This document shows, in pieces, positions 17,502 to 25,245 of a DNA stretch of 43,576 nucleotides; positions within the stretch are counted from its first letter, which is position 1; every line of letters starts with the position of its first letter. The position numbers and the translations under genes were made by a program. The DNA lies in the NCBI GenBank assembly GCA_030672415.1, contig DAOVGL010000024.1:1-43576 (forward strand). The letters are read 5' to 3'. A model generated the notes under the pieces. That model was given only the letters and a program-made list of their open reading frames with translations. It was not told the DNA's origin and ran no database searches. Source of the stretch: Candidatus Bathyarchaeota archaeon. Lineage in GTDB: Archaea > Thermoproteota > Bathyarchaeia > Bathyarchaeales > Bathyarchaeaceae.

Positions 17502-18116
17502 TCATAAAGTTCTTTTGAGATTTTCGATGCTGAACCATGTGTTGGTGCAACCGTTCTTGGCGAGAGGAACCGACTGACCTCGCAGCTCACTGTTTGCAAT
17601 ATGTTCTCCTCCCATCTTCAGTTCTTGGCTACATGCAACCCCTACAATCCCCTTGTATGAGTGGTTTTTCAGTATTTGGGGAACACAGGAGCCGCCAGCG
17701 AGCACATAGACATCATATCCTCTCGTTTTCCCCAGCTCTGTTGCCTGATTAACCAGACAGTCTGGGGAACATTGGTTGCAGTGGTAGGATGGACCATTTG
17801 GGTCGAAATGTGCTTGACATCGTTTGTCCATGTATTTCCTTGCGCAGTGGGGCAGGAATAGCACTCTCCTTTTGGTTTCCAGAAATTTTTTCCTCTCTGA
17901 GAGGTTTCGGGCGTGTATGTCCACGAGGTCTTCGACGAGCGTGATGGCGTCGGAGACGTTTAAGCCTGTGAGTTCGTGGATTCTGAACTTTTCAGCCAGA
18001 CTTCTCGCTCGCTCTCCAATTCTTCTGTGCACGTTCTTTTCACGTGCAACTCTAGCGAGTTCTTTGAAGAAAGACTTGGACATTTTCGTTAGGTCGAAGC
18101 TGAATCCGTATGGCAT
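17502..18116 (-). CDS. DUF116-family Cys-rich protein
   Basis: 204 aa with the conserved block VLFLPHCARKYMDKRCQAHFDPNGPSYHCNQCSPDCLV...GGSC...GVAC, which I recognise as the DUF116 pattern. From memory, not searched. Confidence 0.55.
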   Translation of the reverse strand: MPYGFSFDLTKMSKSFFKELARVAREKNVHRRIGERARSLAEKFRIHELTGLNVSDAITLVEDLVDIHARNLSERKKFLETKRRVLFLPHCARKYMDKRCQAHFDPNGPSYHCNQCSPDCLVNQATELGKTRGYDVYVLAGGSCVPQILKNHSYKGIVGVACSQELKMGGEHIANSELRGQSVPLAKNGCTNTWFSIENLKRTL

Positions 18117-18247
18117 AATTATAGTTTTAGCATCCTAAGCTTTAAGATTTCCGATTATTAGTGAACCCAGCTTTTTCACGAGGCATGTTGTTTTCTACTA
18201 GAACTTGTTCATAGAGCAATGTTCCTTAGGCTTTTAAATAATGGAAG

Positions 18248-18634
18248 TTGCTTGTTTATTTTGAGAAGGGAGAAGGTTGGGGTATTTTGAACATTCCTAA
18301 ACCTAACATTGTTGTAGGTTTTAACAATAACTACTATGGAATGTACGTTCCAGCGATGAAAACTATCTTCTTAACATCCCTAACCAACGAATTTAATGTG
18401 GAATGGATATTGAACCATGAAACTATGCATCACATTTTAGAGCACAGAATGAACCATGATGTGAGTGTAAAATTTGATAACATAGACTTTGACTTATGGG
18501 TGCTTCTACGTGAAGATTCAGAGGGTGTTTTGAATAATCCGTTTGAAGACGAGAACATTCTGAAAAAAATATGGAGAATTACAAAATCCTCCCTTACCAA
18601 ACTTCCATCCGCTTTGTTATTTAAACGAGTTTAA
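18248..18634 (+). CDS. small putative zincin-like metallopeptidase (HExxH), SprT/WLM-like arrangement
   Basis: HETMH (HExxH) preceded by GMYVPAMKTIFLTSL, which resembles the SprT-like strand-turn-helix layout. The start codon is uncertain (TTG 18248 or ATG 18341). Confidence 0.4.
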   Translation: MLVYFEKGEGWGILNIPKPNIVVGFNNNYYGMYVPAMKTIFLTSLTNEFNVEWILNHETMHHILEHRMNHDVSVKFDNIDFDLWVLLREDSEGVLNNPFEDENILKKIWRITKSSLTKLPSALLFKRV

Positions 18635-19031
18635 ACTCGTACGCTATCCTGTCTGCACCTACTCTACGCGTTATAACCTGAACCAGCATGCCAACTCTCA
18701 GCATATTTAAAGTGACACCAGTTAGCTGCGCCAATAGTCTTGTTTTATCTTCAAGCTTCACTACTGCCACCATGTAGGGCGCGTATTTAGACATACTCTC
18801 AGGAGGAACCACAACCGGAGTGTAAGTTAAGATTTTTCCTCGACGTGGAGCTTCATACCACTTTATATCCGCTGAGCCACATTTACAGTGAGCTCTCGGT
18901 GGCAGGTATTTGGCTCCGCACTTTTCGCATTTGGTTCCCATTAGCCTACCGTTATTAAGCTCTTCTACAAATCTCGTGATTAGGGGGGTCTCAGGTAGAC
19001 ATGAGACGTATCCAAACTTCATTTTTTTCAC
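18621..19031 (-). CDS. DUF35 OB-fold/zinc-ribbon protein (thiolase-associated scaffold)
   Basis: 136 aa. Rubredoxin-like CEKCGAKYLPPRAHCKCGS followed by an OB-fold region. The start overlaps the thiolase stop by 4 nt. Confidence 0.85.
   Translation of the reverse strand: MKKMKFGYVSCLPETPLITRFVEELNNGRLMGTKCEKCGAKYLPPRAHCKCGSADIKWYEAPRRGKILTYTPVVVPPESMSKYAPYMVAVVKLEDKTRLLAQLTGVTLNMLRVGMLVQVITRRVGADRIAYEFKLV
18625..18640. repeat. 16-nt perfect palindrome acgagtttaaactcgt at the overlapping 3-prime ends of two convergent genes
   Basis: Read directly. It contains the + strand stop TAA (18632-18634) and lies 2 nt from the - strand stop (18621-18623). Confidence 0.6.
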
Positions 19032-20185
19032 CTTGAGTATATGTGGACGAAACAGTACTGCCCGATCTGTCCAACGTTGTGGCTGAGCCCTATTTCCGCT
19101 CCGTTTACCTGTCTTTTTCCAGCTTCGCCTCTCAACTGCTTCGTTATCTCGATGGTCATGGATACTCCTGTGGCTCCAAGCGGGTGCCCCTTTGATTTGA
19201 GCCCACCGTCAGTGTTAACTGGAGTTTTTCCACCGATGTAGCTCTGTTTCTCCTCTATGAACTTCCCTCCCTTCCCCTTTTTGCAGAATCCGAGGTCTTC
19301 GTATGCCATGATCTCGGCGATGGTGAAGCAGTCATGAACCACGGCTACGTCAACCTCCCTAGAAGTGATTCCCGCCATCCCATAGGCTTTCTCCACCGCT
19401 ATCTTAGTTGCTCTTAATTCAGTTAGAGTCTCCCGCTCGCTGATCATCATGGTGTCGGATGCTGCTCCTAAACCCGTTAGCCAGATGGGTGTGTCACTGA
19501 TCTTTTTTGCCTTCTCTTCGTTAGCCAAAACGACTGCAGCTGCTCCGTCCGATATTAAGCAACAATCATAAAGATTCAATGGATAACATATCATACTGGA
19601 TTTCATCGCTTCCTCCAGCGTGATTGCTTTCTGTATATGCGCGTACGGGTTCATAGCCCCATACATGTGGTTTTTAACCGAAACCATGGAAAGCTGTTCC
19701 CTTGTTGTGCCATACTGGTGCATGTGAGCATTAGCCATCATAGCGTAGAAGCTTGGAAACGTGGTGCCGAAGGGATACTCCCATCGGGTGTCTCCAGCCC
19801 GAGCAATCACATCTGTAGCTTTCAATGTGCCCAAATGCGTCATAGTTTCAGCTCCGACCACAAGAACGACATCCGCGAGACCAGCCTTTACAAGCGACCA
19901 AGCAGCTTGTATAGCAGCGCTACCGGTGGCACAGGCGGCTTCAGCCCTGAACACGGGTTTGTTTCCCATCCCCACATAGTCGTGTACTAGAACCGCGGGG
20001 GATACTTGTGCTGCAAACTCTTCACAGGCAACTCCTATAACTGAAGCGTCTATGTCTTTCACGTTGATTTTAGCGTCTTCTAGCGCTCGTGTTACGGCTT
20101 CGTGCGCCAATTCTCGTAGAGTTGCGTCGGTTCTTTTGCCAAATTTCGCGTGTCCTATACCGGCAATTCCCACTTTTTGAGTCAA
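19028..20185 (-). CDS. archaeal-type thiolase (acetyl-CoA C-acetyltransferase)
   Basis: 385 aa. Active-site Cys context AEAACATGSAA and C-terminal NTDGGLKSKGHPLGATG. TTG start preceded by GGAGAG. Confidence 0.9.
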   Translation of the reverse strand: MTQKVGIAGIGHAKFGKRTDATLRELAHEAVTRALEDAKINVKDIDASVIGVACEEFAAQVSPAVLVHDYVGMGNKPVFRAEAACATGSAAIQAAWSLVKAGLADVVLVVGAETMTHLGTLKATDVIARAGDTRWEYPFGTTFPSFYAMMANAHMHQYGTTREQLSMVSVKNHMYGAMNPYAHIQKAITLEEAMKSSMICYPLNLYDCCLISDGAAAVVLANEEKAKKISDTPIWLTGLGAASDTMMISERETLTELRATKIAVEKAYGMAGITSREVDVAVVHDCFTIAEIMAYEDLGFCKKGKGGKFIEEKQSYIGGKTPVNTDGGLKSKGHPLGATGVSMTIEITKQLRGEAGKRQVNGAEIGLSHNVGQIGQYCFVHIYSR

Positions 20186-20344
20186 GATGGTTCTCTCCGA
20201 AATCTAAAGAGTGATGTTTTAGAAACTATATATACGTTAATTGCTTGAACGAATTCTTGTTTTATACAAATGGGATTGGTTACGATTGGGAAAACATTAA
20301 GTGTGTAATCTTCTTAAAACCATGAAAATGTAGAGGTGATGCAA

Positions 20345-20593
20345 ATGGTTGAACTACTCGAAATATATGTGCTCAACCTAGCGATTACGCTATTTATGTT
20401 CATCATCCTAACCTTCCGAGCATGGATCGAACTAAAGAACTACCGAATCATGTGGAAGGAGCTAGAATGGAGAAAAACCCGTGAGGTTGCAGGGAAAATT
20501 CTGAGGGCTGAGAAGGACATGTTTGCAGGAGTGGAAGGCGGGGAGGAACTGTACAAGCTACTCTGCGAAATGTTCAAAGTGTCAGAGAGTTAG
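20345..20593 (+). CDS. hypothetical small membrane-anchored protein
   Basis: GAGGTGAT Shine-Dalgarno a few nt upstream of ATG 20345. One N-terminal TM helix (LNLAITLFMFIILTF) and a charged tail. Confidence 0.4.
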   Translation: MVELLEIYVLNLAITLFMFIILTFRAWIELKNYRIMWKELEWRKTREVAGKILRAEKDMFAGVEGGEELYKLLCEMFKVSES

Positions 20594-20694
20594 CAGATAA
20601 AAATAGAAGACCACCTGTGCCTAAAATCCGCTTTCACAACCCCCATTACTAAATTACATCATGGGCAAGAGAAAGCAAAACGGAAAACATCAAG

Positions 20695-20702
20695 AAAAAA
20701 AA
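20695..20702 (-). terminator. oligo-T tract (T8 on minus strand) about 55 nt downstream of the 67-aa membrane protein gene
   Basis: A8 run on the plus strand, read directly. Archaeal intrinsic termination commonly uses oligo-T tracts. Confidence 0.3.
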
Positions 20703-20756
20703 GGAAGGCGCACCTAACTTCTAGGGGCTTGTCTTGTGTAGAGACCGGTAGAAATG

Positions 20757-20960
20757 TTATGTCGGTGGTTGTTTTCTCAGTTCTAAGTAATCCGTTAATA
20801 TCAGTATTCCTTGGATTATCAGAAACAAACCAACTATCCATTGCAGAAGGTTTGGGAATATTATTACTAGCACACCAAAGATGATGCATATTGTGGCTAA
20901 GACTGGTTTTGAAAATGTCATGCCAAACTTTTTCAGTTCCTTCTCTACTGTCCCTGCCAT
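20757..20960 (-). CDS. small two-TM membrane protein (DUF308/HdeD-like appearance)
   Basis: 67 aa with two clear hydrophobic helices (VLATICIIFGVLVIIFP, IVGLFLIIQGILIL). Preferred over the overlapping 105-aa ORF in another frame. Confidence 0.5.
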   Translation of the reverse strand: MAGTVEKELKKFGMTFSKPVLATICIIFGVLVIIFPNLLQWIVGLFLIIQGILILTDYLELRKQPPT

Positions 20961-21114
20961 TGTCTTTCTCCTCCAATCACAGGTTACAGAATACGATGGT
21001 TATCGGATTTAAAATGTTCGATCAGCTTCTTCACTGTTGTAAGTGGGATGATAGGCTTTTAGGCAGATAAAAAATTAATTAAAGAAACAATATCATTTAA
21101 TGAGGGAGTAAATA

Positions 21115-21837
21115 TTGACTGAAAACGTGCCCATTAATGAAAAGATAGTTGAAAGAAAGACAATTGTTTACAAAACTCTTGTTGATCCTACGGTGATAAA
21201 GGTTGCTGGGGAGAAGCTGAAGAATAAAATGTTTGTTAGATTTGGGTTTTTGAAGCCTAAACCTGAAGAAATACAATTTGTTTCCATTGACAAGTATTAT
21301 GAGTCATACATCGTGATTAACGGAAAATATGTAATTGATTATTACCGTAAATGCGCCTACACAATTAATGTTGACGAGAAAGTGCGGGAAGTTATTCTTT
21401 TAAACCAGAAATTTAAGCCTAAACAAACAGAGGAACCATCTGCGAAAGGTTATAAGGCGATTAAACTTGAGGGTGAAGAACACTTGCTGTATGAGGATAA
21501 AGCTTCTCTCATTCTAGACAAAACTGGTCATGATGTTCCACTCAAACAATTACCATCTGCTCCTTCCGAGGAGCATCCTACGGAAATGTTAGCTAAACTC
21601 GGCGAAAACGCGAAAAAACTTGAAATCGCCCCAGACGCAGATGTAGGTATCATCAGATCCAAAATAGTTAAACGACCAGAGGACATAAAGCGGATTGTCC
21701 ATGAACTGTTTGAAGTTACAGAGCGCGCTGTAATCTACACTCCAATCTATAAAGTCTTGTTTCAAAACGTAAAGACAGGCGAGGTGAAGGCTATAGAATT
21801 TGACGGCGTCACCTCCAAGAGAATCCAGCAGAGATAG
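21115..21837 (+). CDS. hypothetical protein (240 aa)
   Basis: TTG start 7 nt downstream of GAGGGAG. Balanced composition, no family recognised. Confidence 0.55.
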   Translation: MTENVPINEKIVERKTIVYKTLVDPTVIKVAGEKLKNKMFVRFGFLKPKPEEIQFVSIDKYYESYIVINGKYVIDYYRKCAYTINVDEKVREVILLNQKFKPKQTEEPSAKGYKAIKLEGEEHLLYEDKASLILDKTGHDVPLKQLPSAPSEEHPTEMLAKLGENAKKLEIAPDADVGIIRSKIVKRPEDIKRIVHELFEVTERAVIYTPIYKVLFQNVKTGEVKAIEFDGVTSKRIQQR

Positions 21838-21906
21838 ATCCAGAGCGTGGAGACACTAGTCTCAGTATATAATTCGAAAGCGTAGTGGAAAAGAAAAAAT
21901 GGAAAA

Positions 21907-22845
21907 TTAGAGGGTAACGACGAACATAAGGCGCTCAACCAGTTCCTTATAGCGGTTCCGAATCGTAACCTCAGTTACTTGAGCTATCTCAGCTATTTCC
22001 CTCTGGGTTTTTCGTTCACCAGTGAGCACGGATGCAATGTAGCTGGCGGCTGCAGCTATGCCTGTGGGTCCCCTACCAGATGTGAGTCTAAGCTCTTTTG
22101 CGGTGGCGAGGATTTTGTGGGCGACTTCCTCCACCATTCCCTGCATGCCGAGTTGATTGGAGAATTTAGTGACGTATTGACTAGGTTTTAATGGTGGAAT
22201 GAAATAGTCAAGCTCCTTAACGAGGAATCGATAGCTGCGTCCCACCTCTTTCTTGTTGATGTTGGAGGCTTGAGCTATCTCCTCAAGGGTTCTTGCGAGT
22301 TTACACTGTCGACAAGCCACGTATATGGCGGCAGCTGTGACACCTTGGATAGACCTTCCTCGAATTAGACGTTCCTTAACGGCCTTCCGATAAATGATGG
22401 AGGCGGTTTCAAGAATGTTCTTGGGAAGGTTAAGCCTGTTGGCTATCTTCGAGATTTCGGACAGGGCAAAGGCGAGGTTTCGTTCAGTAGCATCGGAGAC
22501 TCTGATGCGCCGCTGCCACTTCCTAAGTCTATAAATCTGGGCTTTTTGACCGGGACTGAGTCTCTTGCCGTATATGTCGCGGTCATGCCAGTCAATCATT
22601 GTGGAAAGCCCTTTATCGTGGATGGTGAAGGTGAGAGGAGCACCAACACGAGTCCGTTTGGCTCGCTGTTCAGTGTCGAATGCACGCCACTCTGGCCCTC
22701 GATCTGCAAGCCTAGCTGCGACGACAAAACCGCAACTCATACACACGATTTCGGCGCACTCATAGTCTCGCATGAGTCGGTTGCTACCGCATTCTGGGCA
22801 CTGTTGAACCTTTGCGGGCTGGGGTAAGGGGGATTCTCGGCTCAT
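21907..22845 (-). CDS. tfb: transcription initiation factor IIB (TFB)
   Basis: 312 aa. N-terminal Zn ribbon [25 protein letters not shown]-finger region, and two cyclin repeats ([34 protein letters not shown]). Confidence 0.95.
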   Translation of the reverse strand: MSRESPLPQPAKVQQCPECGSNRLMRDYECAEIVCMSCGFVVAARLADRGPEWRAFDTEQRAKRTRVGAPLTFTIHDKGLSTMIDWHDRDIYGKRLSPGQKAQIYRLRKWQRRIRVSDATERNLAFALSEISKIANRLNLPKNILETASIIYRKAVKERLIRGRSIQGVTAAAIYVACRQCKLARTLEEIAQASNINKKEVGRSYRFLVKELDYFIPPLKPSQYVTKFSNQLGMQGMVEEVAHKILATAKELRLTSGRGPTGIAAAASYIASVLTGERKTQREIAEIAQVTEVTIRNRYKELVERLMFVVTL

Positions 22846-23162
22846 CTTCTTTTCCTTCTTCTCTTCATTTTTGGAGTGGAGGGGATTGCGTAAAGGACAT
22901 GATTAACGAGATGATGTGTTTTCTCCGTGTTAGGTTTTACTGCAACATAAGGGGCGGAGGTGGGTCCAAACACGTCGAAAACGGTTCCCACAGATTTGAG
23001 GTTTTCGTTCACGACTTTATCGCCGATTCGCGGTGTTTTTTCCGCCTTAAGAATTAAGTTTTTATTAGAACTTATGTGAAGTACACAACCTATTCTCTGC
23101 AATCTTTTCCCTCGCAAAAGCCAAAGTTTTGGACTGCCCGCTTTATTTAAAGTTTTCTCCAA
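22842..23162 (-). CDS. gar1: H/ACA RNP protein Gar1
   Basis: 106 aa. [19 protein letters not shown] is the Gar1 core signature. ATGA overlap with tfb, matching the conserved archaeal gar1-tfb pairing. Confidence 0.8.
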   Translation of the reverse strand: MEKTLNKAGSPKLWLLRGKRLQRIGCVLHISSNKNLILKAEKTPRIGDKVVNENLKSVGTVFDVFGPTSAPYVAVKPNTEKTHHLVNHVLYAIPSTPKMKRRRKRR

Positions 23163-23173
23163 TCTTGGCGAGC

Positions 23174-23464
23174 TTATCTCTGTTCGCGAACTTTCAAAAG
23201 TTCCTTGGCAACCGTTCGCAAGATTTGAGTTTTAGGGCCTCTCTTAGGAACCACGATTAGACCGGTTTTTTGCCATGGAACACTTGGATGTCCAGCGTCT
23301 AAAACAACTTCAGGTTGAAGACCTATTTGCTTTACCGCTCTTTGAATTTCCTTCAGTTTTGGTGTTGACGTTGCAAGGCTTTTAGGGACTCTCCGCCCTT
23401 CCAGTCGGGTTTTGGTTGAATCAAAGTAAACGGGCCACAAAATGATTTTATCTCTTTTCCGCAT
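23174..23464 (-). CDS. srp19: signal recognition particle protein SRP19
   Basis: 96 aa. ILWPVYFDSTKTRLEGRRVPK is the SRP19 signature. Confidence 0.9.
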   Translation of the reverse strand: MRKRDKIILWPVYFDSTKTRLEGRRVPKSLATSTPKLKEIQRAVKQIGLQPEVVLDAGHPSVPWQKTGLIVVPKRGPKTQILRTVAKELLKVREQR

Positions 23465-23550
23465 GTTTCCTGCCCAAGTTGTTGTGGATTTTGAGCGTTT
23501 TAATTGTTGTGGCTTGAGTGAAGAAAAAACTGTTTAAACATTTGAAGGTG

Positions 23551-23943
23551 CTAAGTTTTTTTAGGAATGAGAATGGCGTTTACAACGCCGTTTTGTCCGG
23601 GGCGAGAAATCACACGTGCAGTGCCCAACTGAGTCTCTATTATCGCTCCTTTTGTGATTACTCCTCGGCGGTCGTAGTCTACGCTGGCTGGGTTCTTAAC
23701 CACACGGAGGATTTTAGTTCTCTCGGTTTTTCCAGTGGATGGGTTGGAAAGGTTTGCGTGGGTTGCGCTTAGCAAACGGGTTTTCACCGTGCCTCCATGT
23801 CCTCGTTTGGTTTTTCTCTTGAGTTCACCTAACGAGGTTTCCGCTGGGAAAGAGCCTTTCTCGAACTTTCTTTTCTTTCGGTATGCTCGTTTTCTGCCGC
23901 CTGAAGGTTTCTTTTTGCGTAGGGTTCCGTGCCACACTGACAA
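23551..23943 (-). CDS. rps8e: 30S ribosomal protein S8e (eS8)
   Basis: 130 aa. N-terminus SVWHGTLRKKKPSGGRKRAYRKKRKFE is typical of eS8. TTG start. Confidence 0.9.
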   Translation of the reverse strand: MSVWHGTLRKKKPSGGRKRAYRKKRKFEKGSFPAETSLGELKRKTKRGHGGTVKTRLLSATHANLSNPSTGKTERTKILRVVKNPASVDYDRRGVITKGAIIETQLGTARVISRPGQNGVVNAILIPKKT

Positions 23944-24002
23944 GTTTGATAGTTCTCCATGTAATCTCGTTGAGACTACAAAAACTCAACATATAAGCTT
24001 AT

Positions 24003-24587
24003 CTACTCTGAGGGAATGAGTTCTTCAAATATGTTTTTGAGTTGTTTCTTCAAACCTCGTAAATCATGGCTTAAACCAAAGTAGTCAGCGAAAAACTCGG
24101 TGGTGCGTATAATCTTGGTTCGTCCAGCCCTTTCCCGCTCAATCAAACCCAACCCCTCCAACTGTTTAAGATGATTGTAGGAGTGGTGTCCCCGTACGTC
24201 AATGACTTGAGCTTGAGGCACAGGCTGACGATAAGCAATGTAGGACAGCGTTTTCAGCGGACCCACGCTGAGGAGAGGTTTTATTGCCAATCTCCGAACT
24301 TTTGGCGTGTACTCCGACTTTAACTGCAAAACAAATCGTTCATCCTCAACCTTAATAATTTCAAGAGCAGTGTCGCGTTTTTCATATTCCTTCATCAGCG
24401 TGGTTGCAAGTGTCCGGATCTTCCTCTTAGAGCGGGTGTTAATCATAGACCCTAACGTCTTCAAATCCAGTGGGCGACCAGCCACGTAGAGCGCTGCCTC
24501 TATGAGAGACAACATACGCCTCGTTTTTTTCTGTTCAAAAAGTTCAGATGATTCCTGTTCATTATCCGTCAATGGGTGGACCCTCAC
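24003..24587 (-). CDS. scpB: segregation and condensation protein B
   Basis: 194 aa with tandem winged helices. LIEAALYVAGRPLDLKTL is an ScpB hallmark. The start could be GTG 24587 or ATG 24515. Confidence 0.85.
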   Translation of the reverse strand: MRVHPLTDNEQESSELFEQKKTRRMLSLIEAALYVAGRPLDLKTLGSMINTRSKRKIRTLATTLMKEYEKRDTALEIIKVEDERFVLQLKSEYTPKVRRLAIKPLLSVGPLKTLSYIAYRQPVPQAQVIDVRGHHSYNHLKQLEGLGLIERERAGRTKIIRTTEFFADYFGLSHDLRGLKKQLKNIFEELIPSE

Positions 24588-25245
24588 GGAGGGTTATGTA
24601 AATTTCGCTGAAGTTTTCTTCTTCTTGCCATAGGCTGACTTTACCAGTCTGAGCGAGAAAAAGAAGAGTGATGAAGATTTTAACGGCTTCCAGTTTTTTC
24701 ATTCCAGCTATGAACTTAGAGAAAGTGATTAATCTTCCTTCATCAGCAAACTGGAGAATAGAACTATACAGCTTCTCCATCATCTTCTCAATTTCCATCA
24801 AGTACAAATCAACGGGAGGAATAAGCTCCGGTGGAGGCGGCAACATAGGTTCCACACGCGGTTTCAAAGCAAGTATACGTTCACCAGTAAGCACCTCATC
24901 CAGCGCCTTTAACAAATGCTGGATAGTCGTGGATGTCAACTCGTAACGAAGAGGAAGAAACAAAGGCGGAGGAAGAAAACCTGGTGGAGGCTTAGCAGGA
25001 GCAGGAGGATCCTCCAGTTTTAACAGAAGTTTGGATTTCATGAGATATATGGTAGAGGATGAGTCGAGCGCCATCCCTGAAGCTCTAAAATCAACTTCTC
25101 CTCTCTTCTCCATTTCCTTTAATAGGGAAGTCAACAAAAAAGATATGTTCACATCCCACGGCCTTATTTTTTTCAGCTTGTGGAGTTCAAAAAGCACATT
25201 CAATGGAGGCTGAAAGTAGAAAGGTTTACTGGCTAGTGAAGGCAC
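24562..25245 (-). CDS. scpA: segregation and condensation protein A (kleisin)
   Basis: 227 aa. N-terminal LHKLKKIRPWDVNISFLL, Pro-rich linker, C-terminal winged helix (FLAQTGKVSLWQEE). The GTG start overlaps the smc stop by 1 nt. Confidence 0.8.
   Translation of the reverse strand: MPSLASKPFYFQPPLNVLFELHKLKKIRPWDVNISFLLTSLLKEMEKRGEVDFRASGMALDSSSTIYLMKSKLLLKLEDPPAPAKPPPGFLPPPLFLPLRYELTSTTIQHLLKALDEVLTGERILALKPRVEPMLPPPPELIPPVDLYLMEIEKMMEKLYSSILQFADEGRLITFSKFIAGMKKLEAVKIFITLLFLAQTGKVSLWQEEENFSEIYITLREGPPIDG

Noticed and set aside
17537-18138. + strand ORFs 17537-17752, 17661-17861 and 17824-18138 opposite the DUF116 gene.
   Set aside because: They are antisense to an ORF with a conserved Cys-motif pattern. 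They overlap one another in different frames and have poor composition.
19041-19990. + strand ORFs inside the thiolase gene: 19041-19241, 19637-19990 and 19761-19979.
   Set aside because: Shadow ORFs antisense to a thiolase with clear active-site motifs.
20661-20717. 18-codon highly basic ORF (MGKRKQNGKHQEKKGRRT) in the 20594-20756 spacer.
   Set aside because: It has no Shine-Dalgarno or TATA at suitable spacing. The basic composition is a by-product of the A-rich tract that serves as an oligo-T terminator on the other strand.
20659-20976. 105-aa minus-strand ORF overlapping the 67-aa membrane protein ORF in another frame.
   Set aside because: The 67-aa frame encodes two clean TM helices. 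The 105-aa frame is compositionally odd (Trp/His/Asp-rich with no pattern) and extends through the oligo-T terminator region.
21979-24019. + strand ORFs opposite tfb, gar1 and rps8e: 21979-22191, 22546-22827, 22565-22765, 22812-23057, 23518-23772 and 23735-24019.
   Set aside because: They are antisense to genes with diagnostic signatures and are mutually overlapping.
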